A stretch of 64,000 bases of DNA. It comes from a virus (Duplodnaviria > Heunggongvirae > Uroviricota > Caudoviricetes). Shown one piece after another: positions 37,103 through 50,498 of this stretch (its first letter is position 1; every line of letters starts with the position of its first letter). Location: IMG/VR virus record IMGVR_UViG_3300021431_000083; one strand, 5' to 3'. The notes below the pieces were generated by a model. The model was not told the DNA's origin, ran no database searches, and saw only the letters and a list, made by a program, of their open reading frames with translations. The position numbers and the translations under genes were made by a program.

Positions 37103-37126
37103 AGAGCACTATAAAAGTGCTCTTTT
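37103..37126. terminator. rho-independent terminator hairpin (AGAGCACT ... AGTGCTCT) with T-run
   Basis: Immediately downstream of the gene ending at 37135. Confidence 0.55.
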
Positions 37127-37134
37127 AATAAATT

Positions 37135-37507
37135 TTATTCACCGTCTGTTGGAGTTTCAGTATTCTCATTATCTGTTGGAGTTTCAGGGGTCTGTTCCGC
37201 AGTTTGCTTCGCATCACGAATAGTGCGAAGAGAAGTGACGATTGAATTTATATCAGCTACAGTGACTTCAGGACTACTTGCCCATTGATCTACAGTGTTG
37301 AGTAAACGAAGACGATTGATTTCTGCAATTCGCTCTTCTGTTGAAAGCCCCATGAAAAGACCAAGTGCTGTATTAGCACCTTCCATATCTCCAAAAGAAC
37401 CATCATCTACAAGTAGACGAGCGCTATCTAAACGATCTACAAAAGTAGTCCGCATCCACTCTTCGGGGATTGAGTCTAGAAAATTATCAATGTATGTAAG
37501 TGCCATT
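37135..37507 (-). CDS. hypothetical acidic protein (start at the internal Met MALTYIDNF)
   Basis: The track ORF is 37135..37530. AAAGGA RBS ahead of the ATG at 37507. Confidence 0.45.
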
Positions 37508-37583
37508 TTAAATCCTTTCTTTAACAACATGTTGTTTTTTATCTTAAATAGGTGGTATAATTTTTATACCACCTAAATAATCA

Positions 37584-37862
37584 CTATTTTTGCGCGGCTA
37601 ATGCTTCCGCAACTTTTTGAGTAACCAATTCATCAAGAGATATTTTTTCTTCTGTTGGAAGTATCACATCTTCTTCTATTGGCTGTTCATATTTAAATTC
37701 TTTGCCATCTCAGCGATAGTCTCAAATGTCATGCTCAAAATTATGATCTGTTGCTACCACATATCAGTCATGTTCTTCAAATTGTCATTCCATTGGTTGT
37801 CCCATTGTAATGCCTAAAGATGCACGACATTTTCCTGTTTCATCTACTAAAACATAAAGCAT
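37584..37862 (-). CDS. Trp-rich small protein, 92 aa, needs code 4 (five TGA)
   Basis: MLYVLVDETGKCRASLGITMGQPMEW(TGA)QFEEHDW(TGA)YVVATDHNFEHDIW(TGA)DYRW(TGA)DGKEF... AAGGAG RBS. Confidence 0.45.
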
Positions 37863-37874
37863 TTTTTCTCCTTT

Positions 37875-40800
37875 TTAAATATTCGCATATGCTACTTGAG
37901 CAGTAATTGTAATATTGTCTTTTGAAGTAGTTCCCAAAGCTCTTCAATAACTGCGAACAGTAACATTATTAGTACCTGACACTTGATTTAAGTCAAAACC
38001 ACGTAAAACATAATAACCAGATCCAGTTCCAGAAGCAGTAACAGCCAATACGCCAACGCATTTTGTAAATCCGCTAGGAGCAGCGATTGTTGTATCAATA
38101 GCAAAAGTGTTTCCATTTGCTCTTGCAGTTCCATCTTTTACTGATGCTGTTGGTCAGTTTGATTTAAAACTAAAATCAACACCTAAGTTAGTACGTGCGG
38201 CAGCTGCGGTCGTGGCGCCTGTACCGCCACCAGTTATTGCTAATGCTGTTCCTGAGCTAGTAGTTATAGATGTATTACCACTATCAGATGCATTAAGATA
38301 AAGTGCTGCGGTTTTACCTGATACTGGATTTTGTACCGCGAAAGAACGATATACAGTAGTAGGATGCCGCACTATTTCAGAATATCCTATACGAGCATCA
38401 GATTTTTCATAGTGATACATTCCAGCTAAAACAATATTTGAATTTGGAGCTTCGCTTGTAACGGCAGCTGCAAGTGAACGTTGTGTCGTATGACCATTCC
38501 AGTCGATAGTAAGAGCATTTGAACGTAAAACATCAGAGCTAGAATTACCAATAATAACAGCACTTGTGGTATCTATTGCATTAAATCTACCAAGAACGGT
38601 CTGATACTCGCCTTCAGCCACAGTTGAACCATTTTGTGCATGGCTACCATATCCACTAGCAATGGTATTATATCCCTCTGCATGACTATAATAAGCAGCT
38701 CTAGTGCAAAACCCCTCTGCATGGCCACAATATCCATTAGCAATAGTGCTTCATCCTTCAGCATGACTATAATCACTTTGAGCTTTAGTATTATATCCTT
38801 CAGCATGACTATAGTCACTTTGAGCTTTAGTATTATATCCTTCAGCATGGGTATAATCAGCAATAGCTCCAGTATTATTACCTTCAGCATGTGAACCTTT
38901 TCCATTAGCAATAGTGTAATAACCCTCAGCGTGAGAGTAAGAACCATTGGCTGTAGTATAAAAACCCTCAGCATGTGAACATTTTTCACTAGCTGTTACA
39001 TTTATTCCTGCTCCTATTGAATACCCGCCTATCTTAAAACCAGATGCTCTTGTTCCAAATGTAAAACTCGGTGATGGCAAATCTTCATCATGAGATATTG
39101 AGATATACATTTTTCTAAAAGCAACACTAGATGTATTTTTTATTGTAAAACTATTTGTTCCATTGTAGGTAATAGTAAAAGTATAAACATCGGTATTAGT
39201 TGTAATCAGTGATATGTATTTTGTTACAGTTAGTGATGTACCTTTTTGAAAAGTTTCTTCAAATGTAGATAAATCACTTTCATGAACAGATACTACTACT
39301 TTAAAATAAAATGTATCTGCTGATGGAGAATGGTTATAAGTTTTTTGAGAATTAGCTTGAAAATTGAATATTGAAAAAGATGTTTCTATTTTTCTAGTTG
39401 TCTCTGCACCTGAGCTAGTCCCTATTTCAAATGCTACTGAATTATTAGCACCAAATAGTTTAATTGAATCATTGTCAATTTCAGCATTAGCAGAGTCTGA
39501 TTCACCAATTCTCGCTATGGTTCCAAAGCTTGCCACGCTCGTAGAACCATCTGGACCAAATATATCTAAACCGTTGGCAGTAGTTGCAGCACGCTTAGAA
39601 TTTTTTTGGTACATAGTTAAACCATTAGCATCAATTTTAGCGCCTAAACTTGATTCACCACTATTATCATAAAATAAAATTTTATCATCTTTAATTTGCA
39701 TACGACCTTGGTTCGCATCAGTGGTATTACCCATAACCACGCCATCGGTTCCATTTAATTTTAGACGAGCTTTATTGCCACCATCAAAGAATGTCGCGGC
39801 TCCACTACTAATTACTAATCTTTCTTGATTAGTTGTACCACCTTTAATTGTTATACCGCCACTGTTAATAGCGATTCTTTCTGTTTGAGACTGATCATAA
39901 AGACTTATTCCATTACCGTTAGCTCAAAGCATATATTTACCGCTACTATTATATAATAAAATATCAGTTCCAAAATGAGCAGCTTTATTAGCTTTACTAC
40001 TTACGGTAGTATAAACATCTAGACCAGATGAAGTAATTGAAGTATAAGACGTAGCATTTTGTTTAATATTAATACTAGACGAAGTAATTTGAACATGTGG
40101 ATAAACTGATATAGATGGTGTTGATCGTGCTATAACAAGACCATTAGTTGAATCAAAATGCATATAATTGGTGATAATTTGTTCAACTAATTTTGATCCA
40201 TCATATTTAAAAGTAGGATTACTGTCTGATAAATTTATTTGATATACGCCACCATTGGTATGTTTTGCACTGTGTGCTGCACCAATAAACACATAAGTTT
40301 TAGCAGTATCGTTTGGTGTTTGCGTCCATCAATTTGTTGCATCAAGGTAAAATAATCCATCAGTTTTTACAGTGCCAACCAAATATACAAATTTTCTTAA
40401 TTGTAAAGTAGAAGCACTATCTAAAGCAATACCATTAGCTGAATATCTAAAATCAAGAGTATTACGTGATTCTCATATTTCACCACTGTTAGCATCTGCC
40501 GCATAATCAGCACCAGCTGCATGATACATTACTTTACCAAGTTGTAAACCGCCAGTATAACATGTTTTTCCACTCGCTGCTACATTATTTGCTTGATTAA
40601 CTATACTTGTTCAATTGCCCGCTGAATCTTTCATGCATAAAGTATAACGTCTAATACCATTAAGACCAGCAACAACTGATGATGCATATCTATTAGCAAC
40701 TGTATCTCCTGTTGTATAATTGTCACATTTCCAATAAGTACCATCGTAAGTCAATTTAAGAACTGAATATTGTGCATAATGTGTGGTTACATTTGAATTA

Positions 40801-43800
40801 TTCAATCGAACATTTTTTGCACCAGTTGTTTTACCATCTGCTAATGTAAGATTGAGTGTTGCAGCAGAGCCTGTACCTGCGCTTGTCATATAAAAAGCAA
40901 TTTGTTTACCTGTATAAAGAGCAGAATCACGTGTAACACCGGTTCATGCATTCGTTGCAGTAGAACCATGTGTTCCTACAATATATTCAATTGCTCCAGA
41001 AAGTGCGGTATTAGCAGTGTCTTGAGCAGCTTCTACTTGTGATGTAGTTGCTGCAGTATTATTACTACCTCAAGTCATCCCACTAGCACTAACTTCAAAA
41101 TATTTAGTAGTACCAGTATATGCTCTTAAAGTAGTTGGACTAATTTCAAATCTTGATGATTTATCTTGACCAATCCTAGCAAAAGCTGTTGTTCCACTTG
41201 TTCCAACAGTAGAACCAAATAAAGCAACTTCTACAGGCGTACTGCTTGCATCAAAAACATGTAAACCAGAAGCGTCAACTGCAGTACGTTTTTTATTACT
41301 GCTATCATATATTGTAACACCAGTATCATTACGAGCAGTTACACGTCCACCAGATGGGTTACCAATAATAACTCCATTTGTTGCACCAGCTTCAAAACGT
41401 TGATTTCCACTTGCATCGTACATTCTAAGAACTTCTGATGTTAACTCTACTTTTGGATTAGCTCCTGATGCATTACTACCCCCATAGAGGATAATATTGC
41501 TAGAGTATTTAGCTTTAAGATAATTATTCTTATAAATATCTATATCTCCGTCATTGCCATTAATATTTACATATGTGTGATTTAATTTTCCAAATCTTGC
41601 CACATCTCCATTAATAGCACCAATACTAGTATTACTTGAATTATAAAAATCAATTCTACCTGATGTTAATTGAATACGCTGATTTTGAGTTGACGGATTA
41701 GCAGATGCAATTCGTAGACCATCCGTACTATCAAATGACATATAATTTGTTGCTGTAGTAGCTGCATTAGTAACATTAGTTTGAGTTTCTCTACGAGAAA
41801 CTACAAAAGTGGATGAATTTACAGGCTGCGTTGTAGTTGGAGATACTGATTGAGCCGAATCAAAAGTATAGGTTTCTGTTTTAATTGATGGTGGAATTGG
41901 AGTATTTGCTTTATATGAATAAATACCACCACCTCTACAATACATCACTAATTTATCACTATGATTTAGTTCTTCGCTAAATGTGACAGGATATAATCCA
42001 TCTGGCAATTGACCAAAATTATAAGAATCAATAAAACTACTTGAAGATGGTTTTCATCCTCATTGAGATGGATAATATGTTATATCGATGCTACAGGCTC
42101 AATGTTTACTATTATGATTCGATCAAGTAGGTGTTCCACCAGCACCATTAAATGTCATAACAACTTTAGTAGACCCACCTGATTTTGCTGGTGATAATAT
42201 TATTGGATATCAAGTATCTTGACTATAAGTAGAAGATGAAAGATCAACAATATGATCATACATTTCTTTAATATTTTCACTATGGTCTATTTCACTAAAA
42301 TGCTTAGGAGGATCAAAAAGTGTGGCACCAGTGATAGCAGCTTCACTTGATGCTTGCATATAACTAGCTAAAATAATATCTGTATTATCATTTCATGTTC
42401 AATCAGTCGCATTTGCATTACCAGCAGTTTGCGAAGAATTATAAGAGCGTGCTTTTCATTTAGCTGTAGAAGTATCTCAATAAACTCCATAAAAAACATT
42501 GTTAGAAGTACGTCTAACACAATAAGTTAATACATTGTAAGGAAAATATGTGTCAGGATTAATTCAATATCCTTTTGGAATTGTCACTTTTGAGCCATTT
42601 CAAATTACTCAACCATCACTATTCGCTGGTGCATAATTATCATCTAAACCACAGAAAAGGCATTCTCCATTATTTGATCCGACAGTTCCATTTCATGAAG
42701 TACAATTTACTTTCATACAAAGACCACCAGTTTTTGGTATCTCATTTTGTATATTAGTTAATTGTGTAGTAGTTGCAGCAATATTATTACCTCAACTTAA
42801 TCCATTTGCAGAAACTTCAAAATATTTAGTATTAGAACTATTATATGCTTGAAGACTATCACTATTCATCAAAAATCTTGATGAATTATTTTTACCAACT
42901 CTAGCTGTTACTCCAAAATTAGCTACATCACTATTATCTTTATAAATAGTCATTCCATTGCTATTAATAGCAACACGATTATTTGTTGTGGATGAAGGGT
43001 GAATTGTAATACCAGCATTGTCAATATGTGTTATATAATTACTAGCAATTTTACTAGCATCATCAATAGCGGAATCTACGTCTTCTGGTGCGGGAGATCA
43101 GTCTGTAGGTTTATTACCTTTTTCAAGTTTAGGCTGTCTTACATAGAGAATTGCCTCTGTCCCACTAGTCTTTGACCCGTTATTGTCAAAGCGTGCAATC
43201 CATATAGCAGTTTCGTTTGTGCCACTCACCCACGTATCAGGCATAGTTACTGTTCAGGTATAATATTCCCAATCAATTGTAAGGGCACTGAAGTTTTTAC
43301 TTTTTACTGTTTTTACTGCAGCATCATATAAAACCATTTCAACGCTTGAAACTTGACCATTTGTTTTCATTCATGCTGAAAACGTATATGTGGCTCCAAG
43401 TTCCAGAGGAACTGTCGTTTTGCCACTAATATATGATTCGCTAGTCGTTGTCGTTGAACGGGTATAGACGCCATCTGCGAATGTTGAATAAGATCAACCC
43501 CTTCCTGTCCCGGAATATGCAAGCAAATTTTTTCCACCAATTTCACCAGCTAAATCACCGATATTAATTTCACTTACTTTAATTTTATTAGCTGCAATAC
43601 TATTTGTTATAATATTTCCACCGTCAATAACAGTCGTATTTTCATCTAATAACACTTTAGTACATTCTACTGTACCATCTAAACGTTTACGTTGTTCACA
43701 AGTGTAAAGACATGGATATTTAGTATACCCATTAGCACTACTATTAGTACCATTAGCTAAAGGTGGAATTTTAGTAGTTCATGCATTATAAACATTTGCA

Positions 43801-46628
43801 GTTGCTTCATTTACTCATGTTGTAGGTGCCGCAAGACTATTATTCGCTGCGGTAGTACGATAATAGATTCTATGAGTTGCTACTATCTCTGTAGGAGTAA
43901 CCTGTCTAAATTTACCATCAATATATGCATACAAACTTTTTGAACTATTAAAATATAATTTATTTGTAGTAGTTGATGTATAGTCATTCGCGAGAATACC
44001 TATTGGAATATAAAAATTACCATCCTCGCTATTTGGTATTTTACAAGTTAAATAATTCGCTGAAGCACAAGTAAACGTATTTCCATTTACTTTACCGACA
44101 ACATATACTATTTTATTGGCCGCAATTTCTGGAATGTTAGCCACAGCTAATGTTGTTGCAATATTTACAGAAGGATAGTTCTCATATGCGTTAGCATATT
44201 GCGATCCACTAGTTCATGCTCCTCCAGCTCAAAGAATTGGATAGGATAAATCAAATGCTACTGATGCAGCGACTTGCTTATAACCAGCAGAAGTTCCGCA
44301 GACAATAGCTCCAGATGTAACTGCCGCAGCTGCTTTGACATAATTATTATGTAGTGTACGATCATAGTTATTTGTATTATATCAACCAGCAGTACGTCAG
44401 TTTGATCCATCAAATGTCATTTGAATAATAGAGCCTGCGGGATAGTGTGATGTTACACGAGTAGTCATAGAATATACGGGGATATTACCACCAACATTAT
44501 TGCCAGCTGAATCTTTAAGTTGTAATGATGCTCCACTACTATTGCCTGCATATGGTAATTTATAAGCAATTGTCTTACCTGCAACTAATGATGTTTCTTT
44601 AGTAATACCTGTTCAATTATTAGTTGCAGCAGTTTGAGTACCTGCAATATATTCAACACCAGCTGCTAAAGTAGCTGCTTCTGCATCTTCTGGTGCAGGA
44701 GATCAGTCAGTTGCTTTATTACCTTTTTCGAGCTTCATATTACGAATATATAATGTATAATCAGTACCAAGATTATATTTTGGGTATACACCAAAAACAG
44801 AGCCTTCTAAAGAGTTAGTTATAAAAGTAAATGAAATATGGGTTCATTTACCAATTGGGACATTAGTTGGTGTATAAATACGTTCTGAAGCGACATCTTC
44901 ATGTGTTTTATCACTAGCTGTACTTGCATTATTACTAACTCCAAAATGACCAAGAGAAGTAAAATTTAAAGGAACTGAAGTTGTATTGGTTGTAGTAGTA
45001 AGATATACTCAAGCACTATAGGTATAAACAGTATTTGCTTCAAGCATTGGAGCCAAGTGAGTATTATCATATCACAATCGTATTGAAGTATTTGCTCCAG
45101 TTGCTTTATATGCTGAATATCCGCCAACAGAATCTATCACCACTGAAACACGTGAAGCTCCGATGGTTTCTAAATTTTCTTGGCTAATAGAACTTCTTTG
45201 AAGTAAATTTCTTCCACCGATTTGAAGATTATCTAAATTAGTTTGAACTGCTGCAGCCGCACCTTTAGTGTCATAATTATTAGTTAAATAATTCCCAAGA
45301 GTAGTTGTAGTATTATCGCTATTCTTAAAAGTTGCGGTTCCATCAATTTCAATATGTTTAGCCTGAATTTTGACACTATCTGCAGATTGATTAATAAGTG
45401 AAGCAACAGTATTACCATTATAATCTGTTGTAGAAACTTTTAATGCTATGTTATCTGCATTTTGAATAATTGCAGACTCTGCACTAGATACACGTTCTTC
45501 AATATCTTCAGGAGCAGGGGTCCAGTCGGTGGCTATCGTTCCTTGCTCTAACTTGGGCAAGCAAAATTCGAATGTTCCTGAGCCTTGTCCACCTATCGTT
45601 ATATTGATAGTAGAGTAATTCTCGGCCGGTATCTCGGTTGCCAAATCGATTCTAGTCCATTCGGATGATGTGGCTCGTAATACAGGAAGATTTATATCCT
45701 TGTATTTCAATCCATTTGGAAACGTTCGATTATTGGTTAAGGTAAATCTAACAAATATTGAACTACCAGATATATCTCCATTAACCTTAACATATGCGCT
45801 GATTACAAATGTAGTGTCCTTGTTCAACGTATCAGGAATAGTTACATTTGTAACGTAAGCGGAGCCTATGCCGCAAAACACTCGACTAGAGCCTGTGTTG
45901 GTGCCTTTGTATCGAATCGAAGACGATCCGTTAAGACCTTCGGCAAACTCAAAGTACTGTTGATTACCGCTCGTTATGCCGACTAACGATAAATCAAATG
46001 ACTTGGGCCACAGATTCTTCCCGCCGATTTCTAAATTATTAAACTCAGTCTTAGTAGTATAATTTGCAGCAACTGTACTGGTAATACTGTCACTAGCAGT
46101 TTTAATAGCAGCATTTCTATCAGTGACTTCTTTACTAATAAAACCATCTACACTAGCCTTATTATAAACGTCACTACTATTAGCTTTAAGAGCAATATTT
46201 GTAGCATTCTGCTCAATAGCAGTCTTAGCAGAATATACACGCTCCATTAAATCACTATCTTGTATTCTCCAATAGGTACCGTCATATGTAAGTGCTATAG
46301 CTGCACCATCCAACCATTCTCGTGCGGCTTTAGTTAATTCATTACCATTATAATCACGAATAGTTTTAGCACCTGTATTATTAACATTTAATGTTGGTGT
46401 AACCGCAGTATTTTTACTTGTGAATTTTACTGTCACAGTTGCACCCGTATAAAGAGTTCAACCAGAATCAGCTGGAACAATTGTAGCTACTTTTGCGGCT
46501 GTGCTTGCACCCGTGCTGCATGTAGCAAATTGTCCTTTAATCTGTGACAAAGTCGCATAGTTTTGTTTAGCATAACTGTTAAAACCACCAGTTGCTTCAA
46601 AACTAATTGAACCAGTTTGTGTACTCAT
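37875..46628 (-). CDS. giant modular tail-fibre or adhesin-like protein, about 2917 aa, open only under code 4 (dozens of TGA, no TAA/TAG)
   Basis: ATG at 46628 with AAGGAG RBS. All track ORF pieces in this span share one frame and are bounded by TGA. Every inter-piece gap was checked triplet by triplet and contains no TAA/TAG. Modules: a TYDGTYW unit repeated three times, a KLEKGNKxTDWxPAPED motif three times, and a SHAEG repeat block. Confidence 0.55.
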
Positions 46629-46641
46629 TTTATCTCCTTAT

Positions 46642-49600
46642 CTATCATGTGACAGTACAATTATATGTAGCATTTAAATCTGTTACGTCTAATGTCGAAC
46701 CAGTCCCCAAAGAATCTGCACTAGTTCCTTTTGTTCATTTATATCCTGTCGGAGTAGTTATAACTCCATTAACTCTCAATGTCGCAGCTAAAGTTGCAGT
46801 TCCAGTGGCTCAATTTATAGTTGTGGGTGTGACAGTTACAATAGCTTCCGGACCAGTTGCACCAGTCTGACCAGGGTCACCCTTATCACCCTTATCACCT
46901 TTTTCTCCAACATACCTTGACCACGTATATGAATTTGCAGTGGTTGGCGCTGTAGCACTATTACCAACATATACACCAATATATGTGGTAGAGGCCGTCG
47001 GCGTTGCTGTCATGCCTGCGCCAGAAGAATTCGTACCATACCGCACATAAGTATAAGAGCTAGTACCATTAATACCAGTTTTACCACCAACTGTATAAGT
47101 AGTAGCCGTACTATTATCACTATAAGTTGTTATTGTACGTGTCCATGCATATTGTGTAGTAGTAGGTGCTTGCGGCGAGGTCTTCCATTCTCCCGTTGGA
47201 GGTGTTGTTCCACTCGTAGAAAGCTGATAAGCATATTCTGTACTTTTAACCGTAACAGAGCTGCCATTACTACCATTAGCTCCTTGTCGTGATGTTGTAT
47301 AACTTACCGCTTTAGATGAATCTGAAAATGTTGTAGTAACTTTTGTTCATAGATATGAACCTTGAGCTACGCTTGGAACAGTTGATTGTCACCCAGAATT
47401 AGGAATCGTAGTACCATTTGTAGAACTCGTATACTCTGTGACATTAGATGAAATAGTTACACTGTCACCCTTTTCTCCTCTATCACCTTTTTGACCTTGA
47501 ATTGCTAGTGTCCATGAAAATTTCTTCTCAAAGCTTTTACTATCTACTACTATTGGGATAGTAAGAACACCACTTCTAGTAGTTAATGTATTTGCCGCAC
47601 TTACTGTAAAACCAGCTGAAGTACTATTGTTGTTAGTAATAGAAGTAGTTAAACCTGTAACTTCACCACTAATAGTTCCAATAGAAACGGGAACTTGTGT
47701 AGTACCTTTATAAGCTATAATGTTACAAGTTGTACTTGAAGCAAGTGCCGCACTTGTACCAGCTGGGAAATTGTGAGATTCATTCGTTAATGTGACAGTA
47801 TAACCATCACTACCTGCCGCACCTGGAGCACCTGGCGGACCAGCTACACCTTGTCAATTTTCAACAATAGTTCATTCGGTAGCACCAGTTCCTTTATAAT
47901 ATAAATCATACTGACCATCACCATCATCAACAAGATAAGCATCAGCTTCATTTGCCGCGCTTATATTTGGTAGTTCAGATTCTAAATATACACCTGATTT
48001 AATATTTAAAATTTTACCATCTTCGCCCTGATAGCCGTCACTAATAATTGGTACTGTCTGTGTATCAATTAATGTTGTAGTACCTCCCGCAAGATATAAT
48101 TCACATTTTACAAACTTAGTGTTTGCGGGAGCTATATATTGTTTAACACTTTCATCTGAAGAACTTGTATATCGAGAAGTCCAAGTTGTTCCATCTTCTG
48201 AAATTGAAATGACAAATCTTGCAGGGTAATCCGCAAGATTTCCTGTTCCTTGACTTCTCTTGGAAGTAAAAGTTATTTTAGGAGGTATATCTGTTAAATT
48301 AGCTTTTGCTATTGCAGAAGGGTCACACAATAATTCATAAACGTAGGAAGGGTCTCCAGGATCACCCTTATCACCTTTAATTAATGACCAGTTATAATCA
48401 GAAGGATCATCACTGTCCGCAAGATCAACACTATCATATACACCCATATATTTTTTATTGGTACTATTGGATGTATCAAAGCCAGTTGCTCGTACAACTA
48501 AACTACCATTTTCTTGCGTAATGGTAATTGTATCTGCTCAAGCTATATGAATATTTTTACCATTAGCACCTGGAACACCATTAGCGCCATCTTGACCATC
48601 TGCAATTTCTAAATTTGTTTCATTTCCATCACTATCAATTAATGTTACTGTTGTAACACCATTTTGTTTAGAAGAACTTTTAACAAAAACACTTGTACCA
48701 TCTTGTCCATCAGTACCAATATAAGATTTTTGATATGTTACATCAGAACTAAAATCTGAATATTCTGTTGTAGTACGAACTCAAAGTCAACTACCTTTTT
48801 GAAGTGTTAATAAATCTTCTTCTATTGATGACTCATCAGCAGGTTCTTCATCAGTACCAGGTTCTTCTTCCTCACCAGTATCAGGTTCTTCTTCATCTTG
48901 TTCTAATTCATAAATATCATATCACTGGTCTATAGAACTCTTTCAAGCTTCATCTTCAGGAATAACATCCCCAGAATCGCTTATTGCATAAGCAATCTCA
49001 ACAGAAAGAATACCAATACCTGTTAAACCTTGCGGCCCTTGCTCACCTTGCGGACCGATTGGCCCGGGTTGACCTTCCGCACCTTGAATACAAGTATATG
49101 TATATGTTTGTCCATTAGTAGTAGTTCGCATTCAAACATATTTACCAGGTTCTCATTCAGGAGTTTCAGTTGACCATCTTTCTACATCAGAATGATCTGT
49201 GCTTGAACTACTAACGCCATATTGGATAGAAGTAATTGCAGAGCCAAGGTCATTTAAAACTTGTGATAATGTCTTTTTACTTTCTCCAATAGTAACACCT
49301 GTTAGAATATCTACTCCATCGCCGCCAATGGTGATATGACCATTGCCATCAAATACTACATAAGCATTTTCATCACCAATATAAAACGGTGAATTTCTAT
49401 CAAATTGAATGCCACCAGGACCATCTTCTGTTTCATTGTTAACTATTGACTGTTTAATTACACCATTAGGGTCTACAATAAATATACCTGGGGTATAATT
49501 TCCTGTACCAGTAGAAACCAATATCCTTCATCCAGAGATAGTAGATGCTACATAAAGGCCATCATCTGTTTGCGCAACATGAGAAGCAACATAGTTTTGA

Positions 49601-50379
49601 ATTGTCTCATCTAATTCATATCACCCTTCTTCAGAAGGATTTTCACTTCCTCATGGACTAACTTTTGACATTGTTCCGGTAGAAGAATCATAAGTATAAT
49701 AATTTTTATTAGGGTCTACTTCTGTATCTGTTGAAGCAGTTCTATGTTCTGAAAATCAATTTACTGTATCAATAACTGACTCAAGTGTTGAAAGTCCTGC
49801 AAGAGCACCATTAGCATAAGTATTAGCTCTTCTAGCATCCGTTTGTGCGGCGCTGGCGGCTTCACTTGCTAAATCTGCTTTATGGTTTGCTAGTTCAGCT
49901 GCTTCACTAGCATCCGTGGCTTTATTTCAAGCCAGCTCAGAAGCTTGTGTTGCACTATTTGCGGCAGATTCAGCTACAGCTGCACTTGCAACTGCTTCAT
50001 CTGCTTTCTGTCCTGCAACATCTGCTGAAATTGAAGCTGACACAGCTTTATCTCAAGCTGTATTGGCAGCTGCAGAAGCGCTCGCAGCTTCGTCTCACGC
50101 TTTATCTGCGGCTTGTGTAGCTGAAACAGCTTTCTCATCTGCTAATGCCGCAGCTTCTGACGCTGCCATTGCATTTGCCTGTGCCGCAAAAGCTGTTGAA
50201 TAAGCCTGACTAATTGAATTTGATAATGTCCCATCTGGGCCAGTTTCAAGTTGTATATATTCAATATCATTACTGTGGGCAATAACTGTCGCCGCAATAT
50301 TTTGAATATCGTTACGGCTAGCTATATCCGCAATTTCTTTTGTTTCATCGTTAATAGTTAGATAAGATACTGTATCCAT
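46642..50379 (-). CDS. collagen-like-repeat tail-fibre protein, about 1245 aa, needs code 4
   Basis: N-terminal Ala-rich region, then GXY triplet runs (GAEGQPGPIGPQGEQGPQGLTG, GDKGDKGDPGQTGATGPEA). All pieces share a frame. Ends W(TGA)-TAG at 46642. Confidence 0.55.
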
Positions 50380-50467
50380 CTATTCTCCTTTTGTAGCCGT
50401 TTTTATTTCTATTATATTTAATTTCTAATCATTATTTATTATTAGTTTTTGTTATTTAAAAAGAAAA

Positions 50468-50492
50468 AAGGTCTTGTATAAAACAAGACCTT
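50468..50492. terminator. rho-independent terminator hairpin (AGGTCTTGT ... ACAAGACCT) after the tape-measure gene
   Basis: Perfect inverted repeat with a T-run on the minus strand. Confidence 0.6.
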
Positions 50493-50498
50493 TAATAT

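Noticed and set aside
37541-37566. Hairpin GGTGGTATAA ... TTATACCACC as a terminator for a plus-strand gene
   Set aside because: No plus-strand gene exists here. It is more likely a minus-strand attenuator or terminator, or a structural element between late cistrons.
46810-48447. GDKGDKGDPG-type triplet repeats as a simple-sequence repeat
   Set aside because: They are collagen-like GXY coding repeats inside the fibre ORF.
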